Shown piece after piece: positions 9,941 to 20,316 of a stretch of DNA of 32,000 nucleotides. A model generated the notes under the pieces. It saw nothing but the letters and a program-made list of their open reading frames with translations, was not told the DNA's origin and did not search any database. Where the stretch lies: positions 120,001 through 152,000 of the forward strand of contig NZ_CP046534.1 in assembly GCF_009827135.1 (NCBI RefSeq), written 5' to 3'. Both the position numbers and the translations under genes were made by a program. Each line of letters begins with the position of its first letter. The first letter of the stretch is position 1. Source of the stretch: Blochmannia endosymbiont of Camponotus nipponensis (GTDB taxonomy: Bacteria; Pseudomonadota; Gammaproteobacteria; Enterobacterales; Enterobacteriaceae).

Positions 9941-9987
9941 AAGTTTCTGTTGTAAATATTCATACGTATCGATATATTTAGAAACTT
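9941..9987. repeat. Interrupted inverted repeat between cyoE and yajR (possible cyo operon terminator or structure)
   Basis: AAGTTTCT (9941-9948) pairs with AGAAACTT (9980-9987). An inner AAATAT (9954-9959) pairs with ATATTT (9974-9979) around a loop that contains the palindrome ATACGTAT. Only a weak T-run (TTTAT) follows. Confidence 0.4.
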
Positions 9988-10013
9988 TATACTCAACACA
10001 TATCAAAATATTT

Positions 10014-11192
10014 ATGCATAATAACACTAAAATGACCAAACAAGAACTGTATAATATATTAGGACTAAACATGATATTCGCACTCCGTATGTCAGGAATA
10101 TTTATGATTCTACCTGTTTTAACTGTTCATGCTACTTCCTTGCAGGGAGCAAATGGATATCTAATAGGAACAGCCATTGGAATATACGGTTTAATGCAAA
10201 TAATATTTCAACTACCTTTTGGATTGATGTCTGATAAAATTGGTTATAAACCTGTTATTATAGTAGGTTTATTATTGTTTGCTCTTGGTAGCGAAATAGC
10301 AGCAACTAGCAACAATATTTGGGGACTGATTATTGGTCGAGCACTACAAGGATCAGGAGCTATTAGCAGTTCGCTGATAGCATTATTATTAGCATCAGTA
10401 CAAACACAACATCATATAAAAGCTATGGCGTCAGTTGGAATAAGTTTTGGTATAACTTTTGCTATTTCTATGGTTTTTGGGCCGATTATTACTGATATGT
10501 TTGGATTACACGGATTATTTCATAGTATCACTATACTAGCTGTATTAGCTATGATTTTAACTCATATAGTAATAATGCCTATTTCTCTCCATGCTATAAA
10601 AAATCATGAAAACTTGTTTATTATGTTTAATAACATTAAAAGAATATTAATTCATTCACGATTAAAAAAATTATATATCAGTATTTTTTTTATACATGCT
10701 ATTCTAATGCTAAACTTTATTGCTTTACCTAAAGCAATAATAAATTTAGGCTATCCTCTTAGTATACATTGGAAAATCTATAGTATAATTATGATGATAT
10801 CTGCTATCGCAGTATTAGCCTGTATTGTCTATTTTAAGGCTAAAGATCATATAGAAAAAATATTAATTTCTTGTATAAATATTTTATTTATATCTGAATT
10901 AATTATGTTAATTAATACGTATTCTGTAAAGTCGTTTTTATTTGGGATGCAATTATTTTTCATAGCGTTTAGTTTAATAGAAACAATATTACCTACTATT
11001 ATCAACAAAGAGTCACCAAATACATACAAAGGCGCTACTATTAGTATTTATTCTATTGCTCAATTTTTAGGTGTAGGATGCGGGGGATTTGTAGGTGGTG
11101 TTCTATTAGAAATACAAGGTGTATGGTTAGTATTATTTTTTGCATTAATCGTATCTTTGTTGTGTATTGTAACAATCAATACACAACACTAA
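10014..11192 (+). CDS. yajR: MFS transporter YajR homologue lacking the C-terminal soluble domain
   Basis: 392 aa. Collinear with E. coli YajR from the N-terminus (LRMSGIFMILPVLT; IGIYGLMQIIFQLPFGLMSDKIGYKP; GRALQGSGAISS; KESPNTYKGATISIYS). It ends right after the last TM helix, whereas E. coli YajR is 454 aa. Synteny next to cyoE is kept. Confidence 0.8.
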   Translation: MHNNTKMTKQELYNILGLNMIFALRMSGIFMILPVLTVHATSLQGANGYLIGTAIGIYGLMQIIFQLPFGLMSDKIGYKPVIIVGLLLFALGSEIAATSNNIWGLIIGRALQGSGAISSSLIALLLASVQTQHHIKAMASVGISFGITFAISMVFGPIITDMFGLHGLFHSITILAVLAMILTHIVIMPISLHAIKNHENLFIMFNNIKRILIHSRLKKLYISIFFIHAILMLNFIALPKAIINLGYPLSIHWKIYSIIMMISAIAVLACIVYFKAKDHIEKILISCINILFISELIMLINTYSVKSFLFGMQLFFIAFSLIETILPTIINKESPNTYKGATISIYSIAQFLGVGCGGFVGGVLLEIQGVWLVLFFALIVSLLCIVTINTQH

Positions 11193-11355
11193 CTATTTTA
11201 ATAGAGTAACAGATAAGAATAATTATAACATTATATCTGATTCCAATATATTTAAGACAAAATTATTATAGATAGGCAAAATTATTAAAATTCTTATTGT
11301 AATATCCATTACAACAAACAATATTCTCTAATTCCAATTAAACATCAACACCATT

Positions 11356-11396
11356 AAATAAAAATTTTCATAGCACTTTCATATGCAAAGTGTTAT
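11356..11396 (-). terminator. Candidate intrinsic terminator downstream of thiI
   Basis: Ten-position stem ATAGCACTTT (11370-11379) / AAAGTGTTAT (11387-11396) with one G-T position (A-C on the minus-strand RNA). On the minus strand it is followed by GAAAATTTTTATTT. The T-run is offset by 5 nt, so this is not canonical. Confidence 0.3.
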
Positions 11397-11404
11397 CGAC
11401 CAAA

Positions 11405-12862
11405 TTATAACGATGGCCTATAAATCTTTACATTATGAAATCCTTGTTTAAATAAATGCATTGCATGCAATCTGCTCATTATACCATGATTACAATATAA
11501 TAAATATACTTTATTTGGATCTAATGTAGAAAACTTATCAATTAATTGATAAAAAGGTATCTTTTGTACTTTTGTACCAATCAAATAAAGAGGACTTCTT
11601 TCTTGTTCAATTTCTGTGCGTATATCTAATACTATATCATTACAATTCAATATTTTTTTAGTTTCTACCTCAAATAAAGGTTGATTTATTATTTGATCAG
11701 GAATGGTTTGTACGTCTATTATATAATGTTGAGAAACTGCACGATCTAATATAGTAAAATCAAAATTTTTTTCTTCAAACTCAATATGTTGTTTTGTTGT
11801 TTTTATAGTTGACTTCTTTGATATTAATCCGCAATATTCTGGAATATCTTTTGATAACATTTCTGTACCTATTTTCCGAGCCAAATCAATAATTTTTTCT
11901 TTGTCATAAGAAATTAAAGGACGAAATATCATATGATCAGATACACTATCAATAAGTATTAAATTATTTAAAGTTTGACTAGATACTTGTCCTAACACCT
12001 CTCCTGTTATTAAAGCAGGAATTTTAAAACGATATGCTATCAATGATGCAGAACGTATCATCATGCGTTTTAATACTACTCCTATTTGATTATCTTTTAT
12101 TTTAGAAATAATTTCTTTAACCACTTCCGAAAAATCAATAGAAATAAATTTTATTTTATGAGAACTACTGAATTTATGCCATAGAAAATATATTACCTTA
12201 CATACCTCAATGGCATGCATATCTCCACCTAAATTAAAAAAACAATAGTGCACTTTACATCCTCGTTTGATTAACATATAACTCGCAACAGCTGAGTCAA
12301 ACCCTCCTGAAATTAATGATAAGCATTCTTGTTGTGTACCTATCGGTAATCCTCCCAAACCTTCATAACGCTTGATAATTATAAAAAAATGATTATCTTT
12401 AATTTCTAAATACACAATTTTTTCAGGTTTTGTTAAATCAACCTTAACATTATTCATATTTTGACACAATTTATTTCCTAAATAACGTTCAGCTTCCTGA
12501 GAAGTAAAATCATGATTACCACGGCGTTTAACCCGTACGCAAAAGCTTTTTTCTAATAATTTAATATCGTGGCTTAAACTAAGCATAATTTTTTCATAAA
12601 TATCTTGTAAAGAATTAAAACAACTCTCTCTAACTAAGAGAAAATGATGAATACCAGGAATATTCATTAAAATAATATATATTTTTTGATTATTATTATT
12701 AGATTTTATTTCAAGATAATCCCATTTACGTATGATTAACACCGATTCATTATTTTTTTTAAAAACAGATGCTATATTTGAAATAAGAACCTTTATAAAA
12801 AAAACCCGTACAGCACGGCTTTTTATAGTAATTTCTGGTGAAAATTTAACAATTATTTTCAT
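11405..12862 (-). CDS. thiI: tRNA 4-thiouridine(8) synthase / thiazole sulfur carrier ThiI with a rhodanese domain
   Basis: 485 aa. N-terminus MKIIVKFSPEITIKSRAVR (E. coli MKFIIKLFPEITIKSQSVR). PP-loop SGGFDS. C-terminal rhodanese with LLYCNHG. Confidence 0.93.
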   Translation of the reverse strand: MKIIVKFSPEITIKSRAVRVFFIKVLISNIASVFKKNNESVLIIRKWDYLEIKSNNNNQKIYIILMNIPGIHHFLLVRESCFNSLQDIYEKIMLSLSHDIKLLEKSFCVRVKRRGNHDFTSQEAERYLGNKLCQNMNNVKVDLTKPEKIVYLEIKDNHFFIIIKRYEGLGGLPIGTQQECLSLISGGFDSAVASYMLIKRGCKVHYCFFNLGGDMHAIEVCKVIYFLWHKFSSSHKIKFISIDFSEVVKEIISKIKDNQIGVVLKRMMIRSASLIAYRFKIPALITGEVLGQVSSQTLNNLILIDSVSDHMIFRPLISYDKEKIIDLARKIGTEMLSKDIPEYCGLISKKSTIKTTKQHIEFEEKNFDFTILDRAVSQHYIIDVQTIPDQIINQPLFEVETKKILNCNDIVLDIRTEIEQERSPLYLIGTKVQKIPFYQLIDKFSTLDPNKVYLLYCNHGIMSRLHAMHLFKQGFHNVKIYRPSL

Positions 12863-13171
12863 ATAAATATTTTAAATATATAAAAAACATTTTCAAATAA
12901 ACACGATATATATATATCGTATATTAAATTAAATAATTTTAAAAAAACAAACATTACTATCATATGGATAATTACTATCTTACAAATGATTATATAAAAA
13001 TTACATGTATCATTACTTATTTTATTATAAAATACACATAAAAACACAAAAAATTAAAAAATAATTGTAATAACATATAGATATTTTCATTATGTAATAT
13101 TATTATATATAAGTATCATTAAAATACATATATTTAATGATATTGTTTTTATTATTATGTATTAAAATACT

Positions 13172-14101
13172 ATGCTTATGTTGAATTTTGCTAATAAGTT
13201 ACGTAACAGTCATCAACAAGTAGACGAAGCTATTAAACGATATCTGCTTATGTTTATTAAACAAGACGTATCTCTTCTTATGAAAGCAATACGTTATAGT
13301 ATCTTGCTAGGAGGAAAGCGATTACGTCCTTTTCTAGTGTATCAAACAGGAAAACTATTTGGTATTAGATCGTCAAATCTTAATGCTCCAGCAGCAGCCG
13401 TTGAATGTATCCACGCTTACTCTTTAATTCATGATGATTTACCTATTATGGATAATGATAAACTACGTCGAGGACATCCCACATGTCATATTAAATTTGG
13501 TGAAGCTATTGCTGTCTTAGCAGGAGATGCTCTACATACATTGGCGTTTACTATTCTTGCGACAGCACATATGCCAACCATTTCAGATCAAAATCGTTTA
13601 AAAATGATTGCTACGTTAGCCTCTGCTAGCGGAGCTAACGGAATGTGTTTGGGCCAATCCTTAGATTTGATTAGAAAAAATAATAAAAACATATCAGCCA
13701 CACAATTAGAAACTACATACCAATATAAAACAGGTTCATTAATTCGAGCCGCAGTTCGTATTGGAGCTTTAGCGGCAGGAAATAAACGCTACAATATATT
13801 AACATTGCTAGACCATTATGCCACAACTATAGGTTTAGCTTTTCAAATACAAGATGATATTATAGATATTTCACGATCATATGATAATAAAAAAGAAAAA
13901 AGTATACAATCACAACATAATGATGATAATAATAATGATATAAATACCTATCCGAAAGTATTGGGATTAAAAACAGCTCGAGTTAAAGTTCAAAATTTAT
14001 ATTGTGAATCATTGGCACATTTAAAGTATATTGCAAAATTAGGCTACAATGTTAATACTTTATCTGAATTTTCACGCTATATCATTAAACATAGAAATTA
14101 A
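13172..14101 (+). CDS. ispA: Farnesyl diphosphate synthase
   Basis: 309 aa. First Asp-rich motif [17 protein letters not shown] and second motif [10 protein letters not shown]. Collinear with E. coli IspA except for a divergent low-complexity loop after the second motif. Confidence 0.9.
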   Translation: MLMLNFANKLRNSHQQVDEAIKRYLLMFIKQDVSLLMKAIRYSILLGGKRLRPFLVYQTGKLFGIRSSNLNAPAAAVECIHAYSLIHDDLPIMDNDKLRRGHPTCHIKFGEAIAVLAGDALHTLAFTILATAHMPTISDQNRLKMIATLASASGANGMCLGQSLDLIRKNNKNISATQLETTYQYKTGSLIRAAVRIGALAAGNKRYNILTLLDHYATTIGLAFQIQDDIIDISRSYDNKKEKSIQSQHNDDNNNDINTYPKVLGLKTARVKVQNLYCESLAHLKYIAKLGYNVNTLSEFSRYIIKHRN

Positions 14102-14135
14102 TATTATATGCATGATTATTAAAATAAAATTTGAT

Positions 14136-16007
14136 ATGAACCGCAATTTACATGAATACCCCATATTAGATACAATCAATACTCCCAAGGAATTAAGACA
14201 ATTACCTGAAGATAATTTAACAAAATTATGTAATGAATTACGTCAATTTCTTTTAACTAGTGTTAGTAAATCTAGCGGACATTTTGCATCTGGATTAGGA
14301 ACTGTAGAACTTACCGTTGCCTTACATTATGTATATAATACTCCATTTGATTATTTAATTTGGGATGTTGGACATCAAGCGTATCCACATAAAATTCTTA
14401 CGGGAAGGCGTGAACGCATTTTTAGTATTAGAAAACGAAATGGATTACATCCATTTCCTTGTCGTGATGAAAGCGAGTATGATGTGTTATCAGTAGGACA
14501 TTCTTCTACCTCCATTAGCGCAGGATTAGGATTAGCAATAGCCTCAGAACGAGAAATGTTAGGACGTCGTACAGTATGCGTTATAGGAGACGGAGCTATA
14601 ACGGCTGGTATGGCTTTCGAAGCAATGAATCATGCTGGATCTGTAGAATCTGATTTATTAATTATTTTAAACGATAATGAAATGTCTATTTCAGAAAATG
14701 TAGGAGCATTAAATAGTCATCGTGCTAATATTTTAGCAAAAAAAACATATTCTGCTGTAAAATCAAGTGACAATAAAATATTATCTGATCTTTTTTCAAG
14801 CAACAAATTAATTAAACGTATCGATAAAAACATCAACAATCTTAGTTCATCAAATTCATTGTTTTCACAACTTGGTTTCAATTATATTGGACCTATTAAT
14901 GGACATGACATATTAAAATTAATACATGCTTTAAGAAATATACGTAATATGAAAGGACCCCAACTTTTACATGTTTTTACAAAAAAAGGTTTTGGATATA
15001 AACCAGCAGAAAAAGATCCCATTAAATGGCATGCAGTACCAAAATTTGATCCTACAAGTGGATCATTACCTATAGAAAATACTAAAAATATAACTTATTC
15101 TACAATTTTTGGCGATTGGTTATGTCAAGTCGCAGCTCACGATAATAAAATTATAGGAATTACCCCCGCGATGCGAGAAGGCTCTGGAATGAGTATATTT
15201 TCTCAGAAATATCCAAAACAATATTTTGATGTTGCAATTGCTGAACAGCATGCTGTAACATTCGCCGCTGGATTGGCTATAGCAGGTTACAAGCCTGTTG
15301 TCTCTATTTATTCAACGTTTTTACAACGTGCATATGATCAAGTAATTCATGATGTAGCAATTCAAAATTTACCTGTACTGTTTGCTGTTGATCGAGGAGG
15401 TATTGTTGGAGCAGATGGACAAACTCACCAAGGAGCTTTTGATTTATCGTATTTACGTTGTATTCCAAATATAATAATAATGACTCCAAGCGACGCATGC
15501 GAATGTAAACTAATGTTGTACACAGGATATTGCTATCAATATGGACCTAGTGTTGTAAGATATCCTAAAGGATATGCCGTACCCGGTAATTTAAATACAA
15601 CAAAACTATTACACACTTTACCTTTAAGTAAAGGTGTAATACTCCGACAAGGAAGTTACATCGCTATTCTTAATTTTGGAACTTTATTACAATCAGCTTA
15701 TAATGTTGCATATAAATTAAATGCAACATTAGTAGATATGAGATTTGTTAAACCATTAGATGAAACATTAATAAAAAAACTTGCTAAAAATCATCAAGCT
15801 TTGATTACATTAGAAGAAAATACAATAATGGGTGGTGCAGGCAGTGGAGTAAATGAATTTATTATGCAGAATAAGTTATCAACTTCAGTTCTAAACATTG
15901 GTTTACCTGATTTTTTTATTTCTCAAGGCTCGCAGTCAGAAATACTCTCTGAACTTGGATTAGATAGTATAGGTATTTACAGAAAAATTACACAATGGAT
16001 ACGTTAA
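14136..16007 (+). CDS. dxs: 1-deoxy-D-xylulose-5-phosphate synthase
   Basis: Strong collinear identity to E. coli Dxs ([26 protein letters not shown]; [18 protein letters not shown]; [17 protein letters not shown]). The alignment places the start at MNRNLHEYP (ATG 14136). ATG 14112 is also possible. The ORF-track start at 14049 overlaps ispA and is unlikely. Confidence 0.95.
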   Translation: MNRNLHEYPILDTINTPKELRQLPEDNLTKLCNELRQFLLTSVSKSSGHFASGLGTVELTVALHYVYNTPFDYLIWDVGHQAYPHKILTGRRERIFSIRKRNGLHPFPCRDESEYDVLSVGHSSTSISAGLGLAIASEREMLGRRTVCVIGDGAITAGMAFEAMNHAGSVESDLLIILNDNEMSISENVGALNSHRANILAKKTYSAVKSSDNKILSDLFSSNKLIKRIDKNINNLSSSNSLFSQLGFNYIGPINGHDILKLIHALRNIRNMKGPQLLHVFTKKGFGYKPAEKDPIKWHAVPKFDPTSGSLPIENTKNITYSTIFGDWLCQVAAHDNKIIGITPAMREGSGMSIFSQKYPKQYFDVAIAEQHAVTFAAGLAIAGYKPVVSIYSTFLQRAYDQVIHDVAIQNLPVLFAVDRGGIVGADGQTHQGAFDLSYLRCIPNIIIMTPSDACECKLMLYTGYCYQYGPSVVRYPKGYAVPGNLNTTKLLHTLPLSKGVILRQGSYIAILNFGTLLQSAYNVAYKLNATLVDMRFVKPLDETLIKKLAKNHQALITLEENTIMGGAGSGVNEFIMQNKLSTSVLNIGLPDFFISQGSQSEILSELGLDSIGIYRKITQWIR

Positions 16008-16098
16008 ATTATTTCATAACAGGTATAATATGATTTTTTTAATTCTAAAAATTTTAATAAACTAACTGAAATAATTCAGCAATATATTCCTAAAAATT

Positions 16099-16599
16099 TT
16101 AATCATATAAATTACTTAATAATAAAATAATATAAATAGATACAATACTTGCCAGTATATCATCAATGATAATTCCAAATCCATTTCTTATTCTACGATC
16201 ACACCAGGATATTGGCCAAGGTTTTATAATATCCAATATTCTAAATAAAAAAAAAGCAACGATTATCAACAACCAACTATGTATAGGTACTATAATTAAC
16301 GTGATCCACATACCAACAAATTCGTCCCAAACAATTGATTTATGATCATGAATTCCAATAATTTTATTAGTTTTATCACAAAAATATATACCTACTCCTA
16401 TTCCAATCATTAGAAATAAACAATAAAAATCATATGAAAATAAATACATCAATACCCACCATATTGGTATTGCCAATAATGAAGCTACAGTTCCTACAGG
16501 TAACCAAGAAATAGTACCTAACCCAAAACCAGTAGCAAAAAAATAGCATATATTAGATAATTTCAAATTATTAAGCATATTTAAGATATACCAATGCAT
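16099..16599 (-). CDS. pgpA: Phosphatidylglycerophosphatase A
   Basis: Aligns with E. coli PgpA (HDHKSIVWDEFVGMWITL versus HDHGSIVWDEFIGMWITL; KPWPISWCDR versus KPWPIRWFDR). The ORF-track start at 16608 is TTG. The first ATG is 16599, and ATG 16578 is also possible. Confidence 0.85.
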   Translation of the reverse strand: MHWYILNMLNNLKLSNICYFFATGFGLGTISWLPVGTVASLLAIPIWWVLMYLFSYDFYCLFLMIGIGVGIYFCDKTNKIIGIHDHKSIVWDEFVGMWITLIIVPIHSWLLIIVAFFLFRILDIIKPWPISWCDRRIRNGFGIIIDDILASIVSIYIILLLSNLYD

Positions 16600-16695
16600 A
16601 TTTATCAAATTTTTTGATAAATAAAATTAAACCATTATATTCTTATTAAATTTAAAGTTTTTCCATAAATGACAAATTATTTAATAACAATATAA

Positions 16696-17115
16696 TTATT
16701 TTTCATTAATACAAATTTGAGCTGCTATTTTATCTAGCACTCCGTTAATGAACTTATGGCTTTTTTCAGCGCCAAAAATTTTAACGAGCTCAATTGCTTC
16801 ATTAATAGCAACCTTATATGGTATATCATTACATTTAGTAAGTTCAAATAATGCAATACGTAAAACCAAATGTTCAATATAACCTAGTTTATCTAAATTT
16901 CGGGAGAGATGTGGTATCATTAACTTATCCAGCTCTTCAGAGCAACTTATTACTCCAATATATAATTCATGAAAATAAGAAACATCAGAATCTTGCATAT
17001 TTTGTTCTATTATAATATAGTGCGCTATCTCTTTAGCGTTATTTTTAGATAATTTCCAAGAATACAGTGCTTGCAATGCACATTCGCGCGCACGCCTTCG
17101 AGTAATTGCTTTCAC
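16696..17115 (-). CDS. nusB: Transcription antitermination factor NusB
   Basis: 139 aa. RRRARECALQALYSW and VAINEAIELVKIFGAEKSHKFINGVLDK match E. coli NusB. GTG start at 17115, with AAGGA 5 nt upstream. Confidence 0.93.
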   Translation of the reverse strand: MKAITRRRARECALQALYSWKLSKNNAKEIAHYIIIEQNMQDSDVSYFHELYIGVISCSEELDKLMIPHLSRNLDKLGYIEHLVLRIALFELTKCNDIPYKVAINEAIELVKIFGAEKSHKFINGVLDKIAAQICINEK

Positions 17116-17150
17116 ATAATTCCTTTTATAAACTTATATATGTAGTAAAA

Positions 17151-17621
17151 CTATTTTTTAATCATTTGTAATATGTTAATCATTTCTAAAACAGCCAAAG
17201 CCGCTTCTGATCCTTTATTATGAGATTTAATGCCTGAACGTTCTATAGCTTGATCAATATTTTCTGTAGTCAGCACTCCAAATCCAATAGGAAGTGTATT
17301 TTCTATGGATACATTAGATAATCCAGTGCTGCATTCTTTTGCTATAAATTCAAAATGCATAGTAAACCCACGAATTACTGTACCTAAAGCGACTATTCCA
17401 TCATATCTACGGCTCACAGCTAATGCTTTTGCGATTAATGGTAATTCATAAGCGCCCGGAACCCAAATGATAGTTATATTTTCATCTTTTACATGACCAA
17501 TTCGCTTTAAAGTATCTAAAGCTCCTTCAAGTAAATTATTATTAACAAAACGATTAAACCGCACCACAGCGATAGCAATTTTAGCTCGATTTGCCGTAAT
17601 ATCACCTTCAATAATATTCAT
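17151..17621 (-). CDS. ribH: 6,7-dimethyl-8-ribityllumazine synthase
   Basis: Alignment to the 156-aa E. coli enzyme puts the start at MNIIEGDI (ATG 17621, with AGGA 5 nt upstream). [11 protein letters not shown] and LGTVIRG are conserved. The 19-codon upstream extension in the ORF track is unsupported. Confidence 0.93.
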   Translation of the reverse strand: MNIIEGDITANRAKIAIAVVRFNRFVNNNLLEGALDTLKRIGHVKDENITIIWVPGAYELPLIAKALAVSRRYDGIVALGTVIRGFTMHFEFIAKECSTGLSNVSIENTLPIGFGVLTTENIDQAIERSGIKSHNKGSEAALAVLEMINILQMIKK

Positions 17622-17724
17622 AATAATCCTGATGTTTCTATTTACTATACAGTTATATTTATTCATATTTGTAAACACATATACTATAACATAATATTAC
17701 AACGACCAATGCACAAAATATATA

Positions 17725-18864
17725 TCATATGCTCTGTGGAATTAACGTTAAACGGATATCTGGCCCAACATTTTTAATATTAAGTAACTTAAAAGACTTA
17801 ATATCATTAAGACACTTAATATTTGGTAACAAGCATAACGGACGCGCATCAGATCCTAAAAATTTTATAGCTTGGTATAAAATAAGTTCATCTACTAATC
17901 CAATATCTAACAATATCCCTGAAAATGTAGCTCCTGCTTCTACCCAAATATTATTAATTTCACGATATGCAAGATACTGCATTAATTCCATTAGATTTAT
18001 TCGACGATGACCATGATAATTAATTGAAGATAATAATAATTGTTCCACTGATGGAGGCCAATTTCGGTGATCTTTTTTCAAACGTACGAGCAAAATTTTT
18101 CCCTTGTATCGTGTAATACGATGTGTTGGAAGTACTCTGTTTGTACTGTCAATAATAACTCGCAATGGTTGCCTGACTTGATTATTCATGTATATACGTT
18201 TCATTTCGTCCGAAAAACATGTCCAACGTACATTTAATTTTGGATCATCTGCTAAAACAGTACTAGCAGTAGACAGAATAACATCACTTTCTGCTCGAAA
18301 ATGTTGTACATCTTGACGCGCCTGAGTAGATGTAATCCATTTACTTTCTCCAGAAGACATAGCTGTCCTACCATCTAAAGATGCGGCTAATTTCAATGTA
18401 ATCCATGGCAGTCCAGTACGTACACGTTTAATAAACCCTCGATTTATCGATTCAGCTTCAGATAACATCAAACTATGTTGTACTTCAATACCTGCTTTTT
18501 TTAACAAATGCAAACCACGTCCTCTTGCATAAAAATGAGGATCCAGCATAGCTACAACAACACGTTTAATGCCCGCATTAATTAATGCAGTAGTACAAGG
18601 AGGAGTGCGTCCATAATGACTACATGGTTCTAAAGTAACATAAGCAGTGGCGCCTCGTGATAAATTTCCAGCAACACGCAAAGCATGTATTTCAGCATGT
18701 GCTTCTCCAGCGCGTACGTGATATCCTTCTCCTACAATTTTATTATTACGAACAATGACACATCCTACGTTAGGATTAGGCATTGTAGTAAAGCGCCCTT
18801 TCCATGCTAATTGCAATGCCCGTGTTAAAAATGTCTTATCATACGGTAGGATGTCATTCGCCAT
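17725..18864 (-). CDS. ribD: Bifunctional riboflavin biosynthesis protein RibD (deaminase/reductase)
   Basis: 379 aa. Deaminase zinc motifs HAEIHAL and PCSHYGRTPPC. Collinear with E. coli RibD. Confidence 0.95.
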   Translation of the reverse strand: MANDILPYDKTFLTRALQLAWKGRFTTMPNPNVGCVIVRNNKIVGEGYHVRAGEAHAEIHALRVAGNLSRGATAYVTLEPCSHYGRTPPCTTALINAGIKRVVVAMLDPHFYARGRGLHLLKKAGIEVQHSLMLSEAESINRGFIKRVRTGLPWITLKLAASLDGRTAMSSGESKWITSTQARQDVQHFRAESDVILSTASTVLADDPKLNVRWTCFSDEMKRIYMNNQVRQPLRVIIDSTNRVLPTHRITRYKGKILLVRLKKDHRNWPPSVEQLLLSSINYHGHRRINLMELMQYLAYREINNIWVEAGATFSGILLDIGLVDELILYQAIKFLGSDARPLCLLPNIKCLNDIKSFKLLNIKNVGPDIRLTLIPQSI

Positions 18865-18867
18865 AGT

Positions 18868-19305
18868 ATCATGAGATCTTGCAACTAAATATATTTATGT
18901 ATGAATTTGTTTTTATTAATAAAAACAATAATTTAAATCTGATACTACGAAGGTGCTATTGTTTTAATCTTTTAATTATGTTATCATATCGTAAATATTC
19001 GATACACACTAAAATACTATCATATACATGATACTTATATAATACGTAAACATCACAGTTAATATATTATTAAATAATGATAATAATAATATTAGATCTC
19101 ATTTTTTATGTATTGTTATAATAATATTTTCAATGATTGCATCTATATTTTGCATTGCCATTATACATATAAATTTTACATAAAAATTTAACTATAAATG
19201 TATTAAAAATGCATATTCAAAACACTTATCTAAACAATAGATCCCATCAGAAACTATAATAAATTATTAAAATACTGTTACATACCATACATCATTGATG
19301 TGCAT
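18868..19305 (-). pseudogene. nrdR: Probable decayed nrdR gene filling the ribD-secF spacer
   Basis: The minus strand starts ATG CAC (MH, as in NrdR MHCPFC) at 19305. Further anchors: YCLDKC~QCLVC (19222-19238), IFNTFIVKFL~RFTTFEVAEL after a frameshift (19181-19212), SIRF~YIRF (18935-18948). Anchor spacing and the total length (about 438 nt versus 450) fit NrdR ending just before ribD, as in E. coli. There are several in-frame stops. Confidence 0.5.
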
Positions 19306-19340
19306 AAACTTAATAAATAAAATACCAGCAATAAAATATT

Positions 19341-20258
19341 TTATTTAATTTTATTTATCTTTATAAAATGACCCCGTCTGGTACCTAGTTTCAAAGCTAA
19401 AGCCGAAGCTATATATATTGAAGATACTGTACCAATAACAGAGCCAAGCAATAAAGTTATTGCAAATCCATGTAACATACTTCCCCCGAAAACTAGTAAT
19501 ATCAGTAACACCATAATAGTTGTAACTGAAGTGATTATGGTTCTACTGAACACTTGACTCAGTGATATATTAAATACATCTATAGATTTTACTACGGATA
19601 TACGACAGAAATTTTCTCTAATTCTATCAAAAATAACTATTTTATCATTAATAGAGTAACCAATGGCTGACATCAAAGCAGCAACAATAGTTGCATCTAT
19701 TTTTACAGAAAACAAAGATAATATACCTAAAATAACTATCATATCATGAGTTAAAGATATAACTACCCCAGTGGCTAATCTCCATTCGAAACGGAACGTT
19801 ATATATATTAAAATACATATTAACGCGACTAATAACGCTATTATTCCTGTATTTATTAATTGATTACCCACACTCGGTCCAATCCAATTTACTTGTTTAA
19901 CAAAAAAATTTTGGACAATACCGTGTCGTAAAATACATATAATATCATTCATAATATTATGATTAAGCTTGTTGTCATGTGAACCTAACGGTAATCGAAT
20001 CATTACATTTTGAGAGGCACCATAACCCTGTACTATGGGGTTATTAAATCCCGATTGAACTAAAATATTTTGAATATTAATAATATCAACATTTTCTTCT
20101 AAAACAATTTCAACTAAAATACCTCCGGTAAAATCCAATCCCCAATTAAAACCACGCGTTATCATAGCACAACATGAAATAAAACATAAAAATATCGATA
20201 AAAAAAATACTACGCGCTTCCATGAAAGAAAATCATAAATTTTAATAATAAATACCAC
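19341..20258 (-). CDS. secF: Protein translocase subunit SecF
   Basis: 305 aa. GFNWGLDFTGG, FRFEWRLATGVVISLTHD and DRIRENF match E. coli SecF. GTG start at 20258. Confidence 0.93.
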   Translation of the reverse strand: MVFIIKIYDFLSWKRVVFFLSIFLCFISCCAMITRGFNWGLDFTGGILVEIVLEENVDIINIQNILVQSGFNNPIVQGYGASQNVMIRLPLGSHDNKLNHNIMNDIICILRHGIVQNFFVKQVNWIGPSVGNQLINTGIIALLVALICILIYITFRFEWRLATGVVISLTHDMIVILGILSLFSVKIDATIVAALMSAIGYSINDKIVIFDRIRENFCRISVVKSIDVFNISLSQVFSRTIITSVTTIMVLLILLVFGGSMLHGFAITLLLGSVIGTVSSIYIASALALKLGTRRGHFIKINKIK

Positions 20259-20316
20259 TCATTTTAAAAATTTAATAAAATATATTAATAATATATAAGT
20301 GTAAGAACTTAAAAAA

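Noticed and set aside
12903-12920. 18-bp palindrome ACGATATATATATATCGT in the thiI/ispA divergent spacer, and other simple repeats: a perfect tandem 11-mer ATATTATTGAT x2 at 24442-24463, and (TA)n at 31441-31452.
   Set aside because: These are TA-microsatellite-type low-complexity sequences of the kind produced by slippage. They have no flanking genes or spacers suggesting an operator, CRISPR array or mobile-element end.
14049-14135. N-terminal ORF extensions in the track: dxs from 14049, ribH to 17678, rnhA from 27726, gloB from 28548 (TTG), pgpA to 16608 (TTG), cyoC from 8076 (TTG).
   Set aside because: Alignment to the E. coli orthologues places the starts at internal ATGs. The extensions overlap neighbouring genes or lack an RBS.
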